DNA of 32,000 nucleotides from Delftia acidovorans NBRC 14950 (GTDB lineage: Bacteria; Pseudomonadota; Gammaproteobacteria; Burkholderiales; Burkholderiaceae_C). Below are positions 8,320 through 16,069 of this stretch, in pieces. The stretch is from assembly GCF_001598795.1 (NCBI RefSeq), contig NZ_BCZP01000006.1:30001-62000 (forward strand), given 5' to 3'. The notes beneath the pieces are model-generated. The model was not told the DNA's origin. It ran no database searches and saw nothing but the letters and a program-made list of their open reading frames with translations. Position 1 is the first letter of the stretch. Each line of letters begins with the position of its first letter. Made by a program: the position numbers and the translations under genes.

Positions 8320-11050
8320 GGAGGGGCGTGGCGGCGTTCGAGGAACTCAGCGAGCAGCCGGCAGGCAGGTACATGCGCAGCTCCAGCGGCACATGGCCCT
8401 GCAGGGCGAAGCGCACACCGCCGTCGGCCTGGGGCTGCCATTGCGTGAGCCGGGCATTGGCATCCACCAGATAGGGGCGCGCCGCGTGGGCGGCCGCGCC
8501 TGCAGCGTCCTGTTGCGCCTGTTGCACCAGGTATCCGGCGCTGCCGGCCAGGTGCAGGTAGCTGCCATCTGCCCCCCTGGCATAGCCGGCAATGCCGCTG
8601 CTGGCAGCCATGGAAGGCAGGGCCATGCCGGGCGGCATGCGCAGCGTGCGCAGCTGGCCCGGACCCCGCAAGCGCCAGCCCTGCGCTTCGCGGCCGATGG
8701 CGAATTCGTAGAAATCCTGCACCTTGCGGATGTACTCGGAGCTGTAGACCGGGTTCAGCCGCTGCGCCAGCGCCCACTGGTAGATCCTGTGCAGCGCCTT
8801 GATGCTGGCCTGCTTGCTGGCGGAGTAGGAGTGGTAGTAGATGTCCACGGCCTTCAGGCGCCGGGGAGCCTCGGTCATCTCGAAGGTCTCGATGACGCGC
8901 TCGAAGCCGTAGAACGGCCCGTGCCAGAGGTTGGTGTAGATGTTCTCGTTGGTGACGGGCGCATAGATCTGCAGGTGGCCGCCCTTGCGCAGACCCCAGC
9001 TGCGCACCTCGGTCAGCGAGGGATTGCTGCGCGTGATGGCCGTGTCGCCACCATTCATGTTGAGCAGGCCGGCGGCATCGGAGATGGCCAGGGCCTCGGC
9101 GCTGGGCGCCGTGTTGCCGGTCCACAGGAACACGTCCACCGGCTTGCCGGGCGGCGCCAGGCGCTTGCGGATGTAGTCGACCGAGCCATTGATCTCCCGG
9201 TTCATGTCCATCTGGTAGCCGGGGATGTGGAGGTTGAGGTTCACCTCCTTGCTGTCATCCCCGTCGGGCGCTGCCCCGGGCTCCCAGAAGAAGGGATGGG
9301 AATAGGAATGGCTGGCGATCTCGACATGGGGCATGGCGAAGATGCGCTTGGCAATGCCCTCCAGTTGGTCGGCCCACTGCGGATACAGGCCCTGCGGCGA
9401 GACTTCGGCCTCGATGACCGAGATGGTGTGCGGAATCCTGTAGCGCTCCAGAATCTCGCGGCGCAGCACTTCGCCCGCGAAGGGCGTGCCCGGCAGCTCG
9501 GCCTTGGAGGGAAAGCCGTCCCCGTCCACATGGGCCAGCAGCAGGCGGCGGCCGTTCTCGGTGGTGACGTCGGGCGCCGGAAAGTCCTGGAGGCGCAGCG
9601 CCTCGCGCAACAGCGCGAAGGGGTCGATCACCCAGCGCGACTGGTCGGTGCCCGGCATGCCCACAACCACATAGGGCATGAGTGCAAAGCCGCCCCAGGG
9701 CGTGATGGCGGCCGACACGAAGCGGCGCCCCCGCTTGTCGTCAAAGGACAGCAACTCGCGGCTGCCCCTGGTCATCTGCGGCGTGAACTCCCAGCCTTCG
9801 TAATCGTGCGCTGGCTCGGCCGGCTGTATCTCGAAACCCATGACCGACGCCTTTTCGGCGCGCCGCAGCGGGAACACGGGTGCCGCTTCCGTGCTGCGCG
9901 TGCCCAGGGCGGCCGACATGGTGCGGTCCTGGGACAGGCCCAGCGTATTGAGCACCAGCAGCGGCATGCCCTGCTGCACCTGGTTGGCCAGCCACTGCCG
10001 CACGCTTTTGGCCCGCATATCGGGCACCGCGCCGCCGAACCAGCTCACCACACCGGCATAGCGGTCGCGCGACACGCCTTCGGGCAGGGGCTCGCGCACA
10101 TCGGCGTAGTCGGCAACGTAGCCCATGTAGTTGATGGGCATTTCCAGGAAGCGGTGCGCCGATGCGCCGTTGATGGACGGATAGTCGGCACCGTTGTAGA
10201 GAATCAACACCCTGCGCGCCACCGCCTCCACCTGGCCTATGCCCAGGGTCTGCAGCCCGGCATCGGAAACCCACGGGATGACGCCCAGCTGAGCAATGCG
10301 GCGGGCCGTCTCGCGCGTGGCGTCGCGGTCATGCGGGGCCACGTAGTCGATGGACAGCACCGGCAGGCGGTCGCGCTCGCGGATGGTCTGCAGTTGCTGC
10401 AGCAGCCATTCGCGGTCTTTCTCGGGCACGTTCACATAGCGCTTGAGGCTGGCATCCCAGCCCCGCAACAGCGACTCCGCCGCCACCATCTGCACCTTGT
10501 CGCGCACGCGCGGCACGATCTCGAAGCCCCGGTTCAGGATCAGCCGGATGCCGGGGTAGCGCTGATGCAGCGTCTCGATGACGCGCACCAGGCCGTCCTG
10601 CTGGGCCTTTTCGTCGAAATTCGCGGCCAGGCGGTAGGAGTCCAGCGTGTCCAGGAAGAAGCCGCGAAAGCCCTGCTTCCACAGCGGTGCGATCACCTCG
10701 TCGGCAAAGAAGGCGGGCCACTGGGCAGGCGTCTGGTCCAGGACGATGGACTGCCAGGCGCCATTGCGCGCCATCTTCCAGGCCTCGGGAATCTTGCCGA
10801 AGTAGGCGCGCTCGGGCAGCACCTCGGCCACGGAAGCGTAGGCATACAGCTCGCTGCCCGGGGCCTGCTTGCGGAACCGGACCGGGTCATAACCATGGCC
10901 CGGCTCCACGACGGCAATGTCGTAGAGGCTCAATTCACTGAGCGATGCCTTGTTCCCGTAATAGACAGCCACCGCGGGTTCGGCAGCCTGCACCACCCAG
11001 CCGCACAGCAACCCCCAGCAGACAAGGCAGCTTCGCAGGAAACCGTTCAC
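8222..11050 (-). CDS. pelA: PelA, periplasmic bifunctional Pel glycoside hydrolase / deacetylase
   Basis: 942 aa. GTG start at 11050 preceded by GAGGAGAAGG. Signal peptide MNGFLRSCLVCWGLLCGWVVQAAEP. CE4-type deacetylase metal-binding motifs HVDGDGF and HSYSHP lie in the C-terminal half. It is the first gene of the pelABCDEF order. Confidence 0.85.
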   Translation of the reverse strand: MNGFLRSCLVCWGLLCGWVVQAAEPAVAVYYGNKASLSELSLYDIAVVEPGHGYDPVRFRKQAPGSELYAYASVAEVLPERAYFGKIPEAWKMARNGAWQSIVLDQTPAQWPAFFADEVIAPLWKQGFRGFFLDTLDSYRLAANFDEKAQQDGLVRVIETLHQRYPGIRLILNRGFEIVPRVRDKVQMVAAESLLRGWDASLKRYVNVPEKDREWLLQQLQTIRERDRLPVLSIDYVAPHDRDATRETARRIAQLGVIPWVSDAGLQTLGIGQVEAVARRVLILYNGADYPSINGASAHRFLEMPINYMGYVADYADVREPLPEGVSRDRYAGVVSWFGGAVPDMRAKSVRQWLANQVQQGMPLLVLNTLGLSQDRTMSAALGTRSTEAAPVFPLRRAEKASVMGFEIQPAEPAHDYEGWEFTPQMTRGSRELLSFDDKRGRRFVSAAITPWGGFALMPYVVVGMPGTDQSRWVIDPFALLREALRLQDFPAPDVTTENGRRLLLAHVDGDGFPSKAELPGTPFAGEVLRREILERYRIPHTISVIEAEVSPQGLYPQWADQLEGIAKRIFAMPHVEIASHSYSHPFFWEPGAAPDGDDSKEVNLNLHIPGYQMDMNREINGSVDYIRKRLAPPGKPVDVFLWTGNTAPSAEALAISDAAGLLNMNGGDTAITRSNPSLTEVRSWGLRKGGHLQIYAPVTNENIYTNLWHGPFYGFERVIETFEMTEAPRRLKAVDIYYHSYSASKQASIKALHRIYQWALAQRLNPVYSSEYIRKVQDFYEFAIGREAQGWRLRGPGQLRTLRMPPGMALPSMAASSGIAGYARGADGSYLHLAGSAGYLVQQAQQDAAGAAAHAARPYLVDANARLTQWQPQADGGVRFALQGHVPLELRMYLPAGCSLSSSNAATPLLAVAGADTGNANLRSFRSTQNSVELQAQCRGL

Positions 11051-11100
11051 GGCCTTCTCCTCGGGGCGTGGTGATGCCCCATCAATTCATAGTTTTTATG

Positions 11101-11149
11101 CATCAAATTTCCTAGCAATTTGATGAAAGCTATCGTCAATTTGACGAAA
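11101..11149. promoter_or_regulatory. Operator-like array in the pelA/galE divergent spacer
   Basis: Read directly from the sequence. Perfect inverted repeat CATCAAATT (11101-11109) N7 AATTTGATG (11117-11125). Perfect 13-bp palindrome CGTCAATTTGACG (11134-11146). Direct repeats CAATTTGATGAAA (11116-11128) and CAATTTGACGAAA (11137-11149) are spaced 21 bp apart. All lie 51-99 bp upstream of the pelA start codon. Confidence 0.5.
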
Positions 11150-11215
11150 TGCGGGCCGAGCATAACGTTGTTTGTCTACAAACGTGTTTTCTTCCTACTT
11201 TTGTGCTCAGCGCAC

Positions 11216-11244
11216 TTGAACCCGGGGAGAAGCTGGGTTATTGC
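11216..11244 (+). promoter_or_regulatory. Candidate sigma70 promoter for galE (TTGAAC-N17-TATTGC)
   Basis: TTGAAC at 11216-11221, a 17-nt spacer, then TATTGC at 11239-11244, about 40 nt upstream of the galE ATG. Hexamer match only; no experimental support. Confidence 0.25.
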
Positions 11245-11284
11245 GATACTAGGCACGCCAAAAAATCACCAATGAGAGGTATTC

Positions 11285-12295
11285 ATGATCCTGGTCACAG
11301 GCGGCGCCGGCTTCATCGGCTCCCACACCTGCGTGGAGCTGGCCGCCGCAGGCGAGCCCTACCTGATCTACGACAACTTCAGCAACAGCAGCGCCGACGT
11401 GCTCGACCGCATGGAACGCATCACGGGCCGGCGCCCGCTGTGCGTGGAAGGCGACGTGCGCGACCGCGCCGCGCTGGACCGGCTGTTTGCCCAGCATTGC
11501 ATCCAAGAGGTGATCCACTTCGCCGCGCTCAAGGCCGTGGGCGAATCCGTGGCCCAGCCACTGCGCTACTACGAACACAACGTGGGCGGCACGGTGGCCC
11601 TGCTGCAGGCCATGCGGACGGCGGGCGTGCGCAGCCTGGTGTTCTCCTCCTCGGCCACGGTCTACGGCGATCCGGCCAGCCTGCCGATCCGCGAAGACTT
11701 TCCGCTGTCCGCCACCAACCCCTACGGCCGCAGCAAGCTGTGGATCGAGGAAATGCTGGCCGACCTGGACCGGGCCGAGCCCGGCCAGTGGAGCCTGGCA
11801 CGGCTGCGCTACTTCAACCCCGTGGGCGCCCATGAAAGCGGCCTGATCGGCGAGGACCCGCGCGACATCCCCAACAACCTCATGCCCTATGTGTCGCAGG
11901 TCGCCATCGGCCAGCGCCAGCAGCTCAGTGTCTACGGCGATGACTATGCGACGCCGGACGGCACGGGCGTGCGCGACTACATCCACGTCACCGACCTGGC
12001 GCGCGGCCACCTGGCGGCGCTGCGCTATCTGCGCGAGCAGCAGGGCCTGCTGACCGTGAACCTGGGCACGGGGCGCCCGGTCTCGGTGCTGGAGATGGTC
12101 AAGGCCTTCGAGCGCGCCAGCGGCCGCCCCGTGCCCTACCAGATCGTGGCGCGCCGCCCCGGCGACGTGGCCCAGTGCTGGGCCGACCCCGCCGAGGCCG
12201 AGCGCCTGCTGGGCTGGAAGGCCATGCTGGACCTGGACCGCATGTGCGAGGACGCATGGCGTTGGCAAAGCCAGGCCGCAGGCCTCAAGCGCTGA
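11285..12295 (+). CDS. galE: UDP-glucose / UDP-hexose 4-epimerase (GalE family); possibly PelX-like UDP-GlcNAc/GalNAc epimerase
   Basis: 336 aa, collinear with E. coli GalE as recalled. Motifs: [11 protein letters not shown] Rossmann motif, [13 protein letters not shown] (YxxxK), [27 protein letters not shown] upstream of the ATG. Cys298 (12176-12178) sits at the position of E. coli Tyr299. Confidence 0.9.
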   Translation: MILVTGGAGFIGSHTCVELAAAGEPYLIYDNFSNSSADVLDRMERITGRRPLCVEGDVRDRAALDRLFAQHCIQEVIHFAALKAVGESVAQPLRYYEHNVGGTVALLQAMRTAGVRSLVFSSSATVYGDPASLPIREDFPLSATNPYGRSKLWIEEMLADLDRAEPGQWSLARLRYFNPVGAHESGLIGEDPRDIPNNLMPYVSQVAIGQRQQLSVYGDDYATPDGTGVRDYIHVTDLARGHLAALRYLREQQGLLTVNLGTGRPVSVLEMVKAFERASGRPVPYQIVARRPGDVAQCWADPAEAERLLGWKAMLDLDRMCEDAWRWQSQAAGLKR

Positions 12296-12371
12296 ACCCC
12301 GCAGCCCATGCGGGCGCCGAGGGCGTGGTATCTTTTCGCCCTTGTTTCACGCCCTAGCCACGAGTCTGCCC

Positions 12372-13172
12372 ATGCTTGCCAAACGCATCATCCCCTGTCT
12401 TGACGTCACGGGAGGGCGCGTCGTCAAAGGCGTGAACTTCGTGGAGCTGCGCGATGCGGGCGACCCGGTAGAGATCGCCGCGCGCTACAACGCCCAGGGC
12501 GCGGACGAGCTGACCTTCCTGGACATCACGGCCACCAGCGACGGGCGCGACCTGATCCTGCCCATCATCGAATCGGTGGCCAGCCAGGTCTTCATTCCCC
12601 TGACCGTCGGCGGCGGTGTGCGCACCGTCGAGGACGTGCGCCGCCTGCTCAACGCGGGCGCCGACAAGACCAGCTTCAACTCGGCCGCCATCGCCAACCC
12701 CGACGTGATCAATGCGGCCTCGGACAAGTACGGCGCGCAATGCATCGTCGTGGCCATCGATGCCAAGCGGCGCACCGCCGAGGACGAGCAGCGCATGGGC
12801 GCCGATGGCCGCGCTGCCGGCCCCGGCTGGGACGTGTACAGCCACGGCGGACGCAAGAACACCGGCCTGGACGCCGTGCAGTGGGCCGCCGAAATGGCGC
12901 GCCGCGGCGCGGGCGAGATCCTGCTGACCAGCATGGACCGCGACGGCACCAAGTCCGGGTTCGATCTGAAGCTCACGCGCGCCGTCAGCGACGCCGTGCC
13001 CGTGCCCGTGATCGCCTCGGGCGGCGTGGGCTCGCTGGACGACCTGGCCGATGGAGTGACCCTGGGCGGCGCCGACGCCGTGCTGGCCGCCAGCATCTTC
13101 CACTACGGTGAATTCACCGTGGGCCAGGCCAAGCAGCGCATGGCCGAGCGCGGCGTGCCCGTGCGCCTCTGA
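12372..13172 (+). CDS. hisF: Imidazole glycerol phosphate synthase cyclase subunit HisF
   Basis: [23 protein letters not shown]..., [33 protein letters not shown] and ASGGVGS are canonical HisF motifs. The track ORF begins at 12342, but the ATG at 12372 gives the conserved N-terminus. Confidence 0.92.
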   Translation: MLAKRIIPCLDVTGGRVVKGVNFVELRDAGDPVEIAARYNAQGADELTFLDITATSDGRDLILPIIESVASQVFIPLTVGGGVRTVEDVRRLLNAGADKTSFNSAAIANPDVINAASDKYGAQCIVVAIDAKRRTAEDEQRMGADGRAAGPGWDVYSHGGRKNTGLDAVQWAAEMARRGAGEILLTSMDRDGTKSGFDLKLTRAVSDAVPVPVIASGGVGSLDDLADGVTLGGADAVLAASIFHYGEFTVGQAKQRMAERGVPVRL

Positions 13173-13221
13173 TACGGCGCGTCGGCGGACTCCTTCATTT
13201 CAGTTTTCCATGGCGCTCGCG

Positions 13222-13367
13222 CCGCCCACAACCCATGAAACCGGCGCGGCCCAAGGGACCAGGGACAGCGAGCAAGGGCCGCCCCGCAGCAAGGCTGTCG
13301 TCTCCCTCCCGCGCAGCGAGAGAGGGGGAAGGCGCGAAGCGACTCAGGGGGTGTATTTTCAATCCAG
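13222..13367 (+). repeat. Dispersed intergenic repeat, copy 1 (same orientation as copy 3)
   Basis: The 28-mer GGGGGAAGGCGCGAAGCGACTCAGGGGG at 13324-13351 is identical to the reverse complement of 17951-17978 and differs by one substitution from 31105-31132. Other blocks shared with the other copies are CCGCCCACA, GCGCGGCCCAA, TGTCGT and TTTCAATCCAG. Confidence 0.8.
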
Positions 13368-13416
13368 GCAATTCCTGACAATCCTGTCACAGGGATGCCC
13401 ACCCAGGATATTCACA

Positions 13417-13815
13417 ATGCAGGCAATGAACTGGCTAGATCAAGTCAAATGGGATGCGCAGGGCCTGGTGCCCGTGATTGCGCAGGAAAAGGACACGGGC
13501 GACGTGATGATGTTCGCCTGGATGAACCGCGAGGCCCTGGCCAAGACGGCCGAGCTGGGCCGCGCCGTCTACTTCAGCCGCTCGCGCAACAAGCTGTGGT
13601 TCAAGGGCGAGGAATCGGGCCACGTGCAGACCGTGCACGAGGTGCGCATCGACTGCGACAACGACGTGGTTCTGCTCAAGATCACCCAGACCGGCCACGA
13701 GCCCGGCATTGCCTGCCACACGGGGCGCCACAGCTGCTTTTACAGCGTGCTGCAGAACGGCCAGTGGCAGGCCGTCGATCCGGTCTTGAAAGACCCCGAA
13801 TCGATCTACAAATGA
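13417..13815 (+). CDS. hisI: Phosphoribosyl-AMP cyclohydrolase HisI
   Basis: 132 aa: [44 protein letters not shown]...[16 protein letters not shown]...[10 protein letters not shown]...[13 protein letters not shown], which are HisI motifs. The upstream part of track ORF 13108..13815 crosses the repeat and is not coding. Confidence 0.9.
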   Translation: MQAMNWLDQVKWDAQGLVPVIAQEKDTGDVMMFAWMNREALAKTAELGRAVYFSRSRNKLWFKGEESGHVQTVHEVRIDCDNDVVLLKITQTGHEPGIACHTGRHSCFYSVLQNGQWQAVDPVLKDPESIYK

Positions 13816-14225
13816 GTTCCACGAACATGAACGACACCGCAAGCACTTCCTCGCTGGACGCCCTGGCGCGCCTGGCCGCCGTCATCGAAAGCCGCAAGCC
13901 CGCCAACGGCGGCGACCCCGACAAGAGCTATGTCGCGCGCCTGCTGCACAAGGGCCCGGATGCCTTTTTGAAGAAGATCGGCGAAGAGGCCACCGAAGTG
14001 GTCATGGCCGCCAAGGACGCAGACCATGGCGGAGACGCCGGCAAAATCCTCTACGAAGTGGCCGATCTGTGGTTCCATAGCATGATCGCCCTGGCCCACT
14101 ATGGCCTGACGCCCGCCCAGGTCGTTGCCGAGCTGGAACGCCGCGAAGGCACCAGCGGCATCGAGGAAAAGGCGCTGCGCAAGGCCCAGGAACGTGATGT
14201 GAACGAGAAAGGACCGCTGCCATGA
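13812..14225 (+). CDS. hisE: Phosphoribosyl-ATP pyrophosphatase HisE
   Basis: 137 aa. ATGA overlap with the hisI stop. [31 protein letters not shown]...[18 protein letters not shown] is the HisE / MazG-like signature. Confidence 0.9.
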   Translation: MSSTNMNDTASTSSLDALARLAAVIESRKPANGGDPDKSYVARLLHKGPDAFLKKIGEEATEVVMAAKDADHGGDAGKILYEVADLWFHSMIALAHYGLTPAQVVAELERREGTSGIEEKALRKAQERDVNEKGPLP

Positions 14226-14614
14226 ATGACGATTACATCGAAGTCCGTGCCCTGGACCAGTCCCGCATCGAAGGCCTCAAGGCCTGGGGCTGGGTCAGCT
14301 ACCTGCTGCACCTGGTGGTGGCCGTGGCCGCCGTCGTGCCGGGCGCACAGCCCAGCATTGCGCTGCTGGTGATCGCCCTGATCATCGATCTGGTCAAGCG
14401 CGGCGACGCCGAAGGCAGCTGGATGGCCAACCACTTCTCGTGGCGCATCCGCAGCGTGATCTGGGCCGGCATCCTGTACCTGGTCACGGCGCCGCTGTGG
14501 CTGCTGTTCTTCGTGCCCGGCTGGATCGCCTGGACCGTCATCTCCATCTGGTTCCTCTACCGCATCGTGCGCGGCATGGTCGCCATGAACCGCAACCAGG
14601 CCGTGGACCGCTGA
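14222..14614 (+). CDS. Small integral membrane protein, function unknown
   Basis: 130 aa. ATGA overlap with the hisE stop suggests translational coupling. Hydrophobic helices: [63 protein letters not shown] recognise no family motif. Confidence 0.65.
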   Translation: MNDDYIEVRALDQSRIEGLKAWGWVSYLLHLVVAVAAVVPGAQPSIALLVIALIIDLVKRGDAEGSWMANHFSWRIRSVIWAGILYLVTAPLWLLFFVPGWIAWTVISIWFLYRIVRGMVAMNRNQAVDR

Positions 14615-14633
14615 AGGTCCCGGGCAAACCGCC

Positions 14634-15665
14634 ATGACTCCGACCCCGACCTGCAAGATCAACCTCGCCCTGCAGGGCGGGGGCTCGCACGGCGCCCTGA
14701 CCTGGGGCGTGCTCGATGCGCTGCTGGAAGACGGCAGCCTTGTCTTCGACGGCATCAGCGGCACCAGCGCCGGTGCCATGAATGCAGTGGCCCTGGCCCA
14801 GGGCTTTGCCAAGGCTGCACGCCAGGAAAGCGATCCGGTGGCCGCCCAGGCGCTGGGGGCCGAGCTGGCCCGCGCCACGCTGACCGAACTCTGGGAAGGC
14901 GTGGGCACCATGGGCAGCCTGATGTGGGGCGCGCCCCTGCCGGGCAGCCCCTTCATGGGCGTGCTCAACCAGTTCTTCTCGCCCTACCAGACCAACCCGC
15001 TGGACATCAACCCGCTGCGCAAGCTGCTCGAACGGGTCGTGGATTTCGGGGCGCTGACGCATCCGCCCGTGGAAGGCGTGGTGCCCAAGGTCTTTGTCTG
15101 CGCCACCAATGTGCGCACGGGCCGGGGCTGCATCTTTTCGGGCAGAAAACTCAGTGCCGACGCGGTCATGGCCTCGGCCTGCCTGCCCCAGCTGTTCAAG
15201 GCCGTGGAAATCGATGGCGAGCCTTACTGGGACGGCGGTTTCTCGGGCAATCCCGCCCTGTATCCCCTGATCTACGGAACCGCGTCCAGCGACATCCTGC
15301 TGGTGCAGATCAACCCCATCGAGCACACCGACCTGCCCAATACGGCGGCCGACATCATGGACCGCATGAACGAGGTCACCTTCAACGCCGGCCTGCTGGC
15401 CGAGCTGCGCGCCATCGAGTTCGTCAAGCGCCTGCTGGAGCAGGGCAAGCTGGACCCGACACGCTACAAAAAGGTGCTGCTGCACCGCGTGGACGGCGGC
15501 TCCGTGCTCAAGGGCTATGGCGCCTCGACCAAGACGCGCTCCGACATGCGCTTCGTGCGAGAGCTGTTCGAGCTCGGACGCGAGCAGGGCCAGCAGTGGC
15601 TCCAGCAGCACCGCAGCGACATCGGCGTGCGCCAGACGCTGCGCATCAACGACAATCCGGCCTGA
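14634..15665 (+). CDS. Patatin-like phospholipase
   Basis: 343 aa. Oxyanion motif LALQGGGSHGA, nucleophile elbow GTSAG (GxSxG) and catalytic Asp motif YWDGGFSGNPAL, the canonical patatin Ser-Asp dyad layout. Confidence 0.85.
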   Translation: MTPTPTCKINLALQGGGSHGALTWGVLDALLEDGSLVFDGISGTSAGAMNAVALAQGFAKAARQESDPVAAQALGAELARATLTELWEGVGTMGSLMWGAPLPGSPFMGVLNQFFSPYQTNPLDINPLRKLLERVVDFGALTHPPVEGVVPKVFVCATNVRTGRGCIFSGRKLSADAVMASACLPQLFKAVEIDGEPYWDGGFSGNPALYPLIYGTASSDILLVQINPIEHTDLPNTAADIMDRMNEVTFNAGLLAELRAIEFVKRLLEQGKLDPTRYKKVLLHRVDGGSVLKGYGASTKTRSDMRFVRELFELGREQGQQWLQQHRSDIGVRQTLRINDNPA

Positions 15666-15706
15666 TTTCCAACCTACCGCCAGCCTCCCAGGATTCCTGT
15701 AGCGCC

Positions 15707-16069
15707 ATGCACGACCACGACCCGAACTGCCTGTTTTGCCGCATCACCAAAGGCGAGATCCCTTCCCGCAAGGTCTATGAGGACGAAGAAGTCTTCGCCT
15801 TCCACGACATCCATCCCGGCGCGCCCATCCACTTCCTGATGGTGCCCAAGAAGCACATCCCCTCCATGGCCCAGGTCCAGGCCGAGGACGCCCCGCTGCT
15901 GGGCCGCCTGATGGCGCTGGCGCCCCGCCTGGCCGCCGAGCAAGGCTGCAACCCGTATCCCGACGGCGGTTTCCGCCTGGTGGTCAACACCGGCACCGAG
16001 GGCGGACAGGAAGTCCACCATCTGCACATCCATGTCATGGGCGGCCCCCGCCCCTGGCTGAAGGGCTGA
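15707..16069 (+). CDS. HIT-family (HinT-like) nucleotide hydrolase
   Basis: 120 aa from the ATG at 15707. CLFCRITKGEIPSRKVYEDEEVFAFHDI and the histidine triad HHLHIHVMGG. It occupies the 3' third of track ORF 14924..16069; the rest of that ORF overlaps the patatin gene out of frame. Confidence 0.88.
   Translation: MHDHDPNCLFCRITKGEIPSRKVYEDEEVFAFHDIHPGAPIHFLMVPKKHIPSMAQVQAEDAPLLGRLMALAPRLAAEQGCNPYPDGGFRLVVNTGTEGGQEVHHLHIHVMGGPRPWLKG

Noticed and set aside
5272-11074. 1000-aa (5272..8274) and 987-aa (8111..11074) plus-strand ORFs
   Set aside because: They are the codon-aligned antisense shadows of pelB and pelA respectively, with the same compositional signature and no domains.
11134-11146. 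Calling CGTCAATTTGACG a FleQ box
   Set aside because: As I recall it, the P. aeruginosa FleQ consensus is GTCA-N-TAAAT-TGAC (14 bp), whereas here GTCA and TGAC are separated by only 3 nt. The half-sites are similar but the spacing is wrong, so I report it only as an unassigned operator.
13108-13811. Long 5' extensions of the hisI (13108..) and hisE (13395..) ORFs
   Set aside because: The extensions run through the dispersed repeat or overlap hisI out of frame. The conserved N-termini begin at 13417 and 13812.
11249-15611. Long minus-strand ORFs opposite galE (11249..12268), hisF (12354..13103), the 14099..14968 ORF and the patatin gene (14538..15611)
   Set aside because: These are antisense shadows of genes with clear motif-level identity on the plus strand.
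14924-15706. Upstream two-thirds of the 381-aa ORF that ends with the HIT protein
   Set aside because: It overlaps the patatin gene out of frame and is Arg/Ala/Gly/Pro-rich. The HIT homology starts only at the ATG at 15707.
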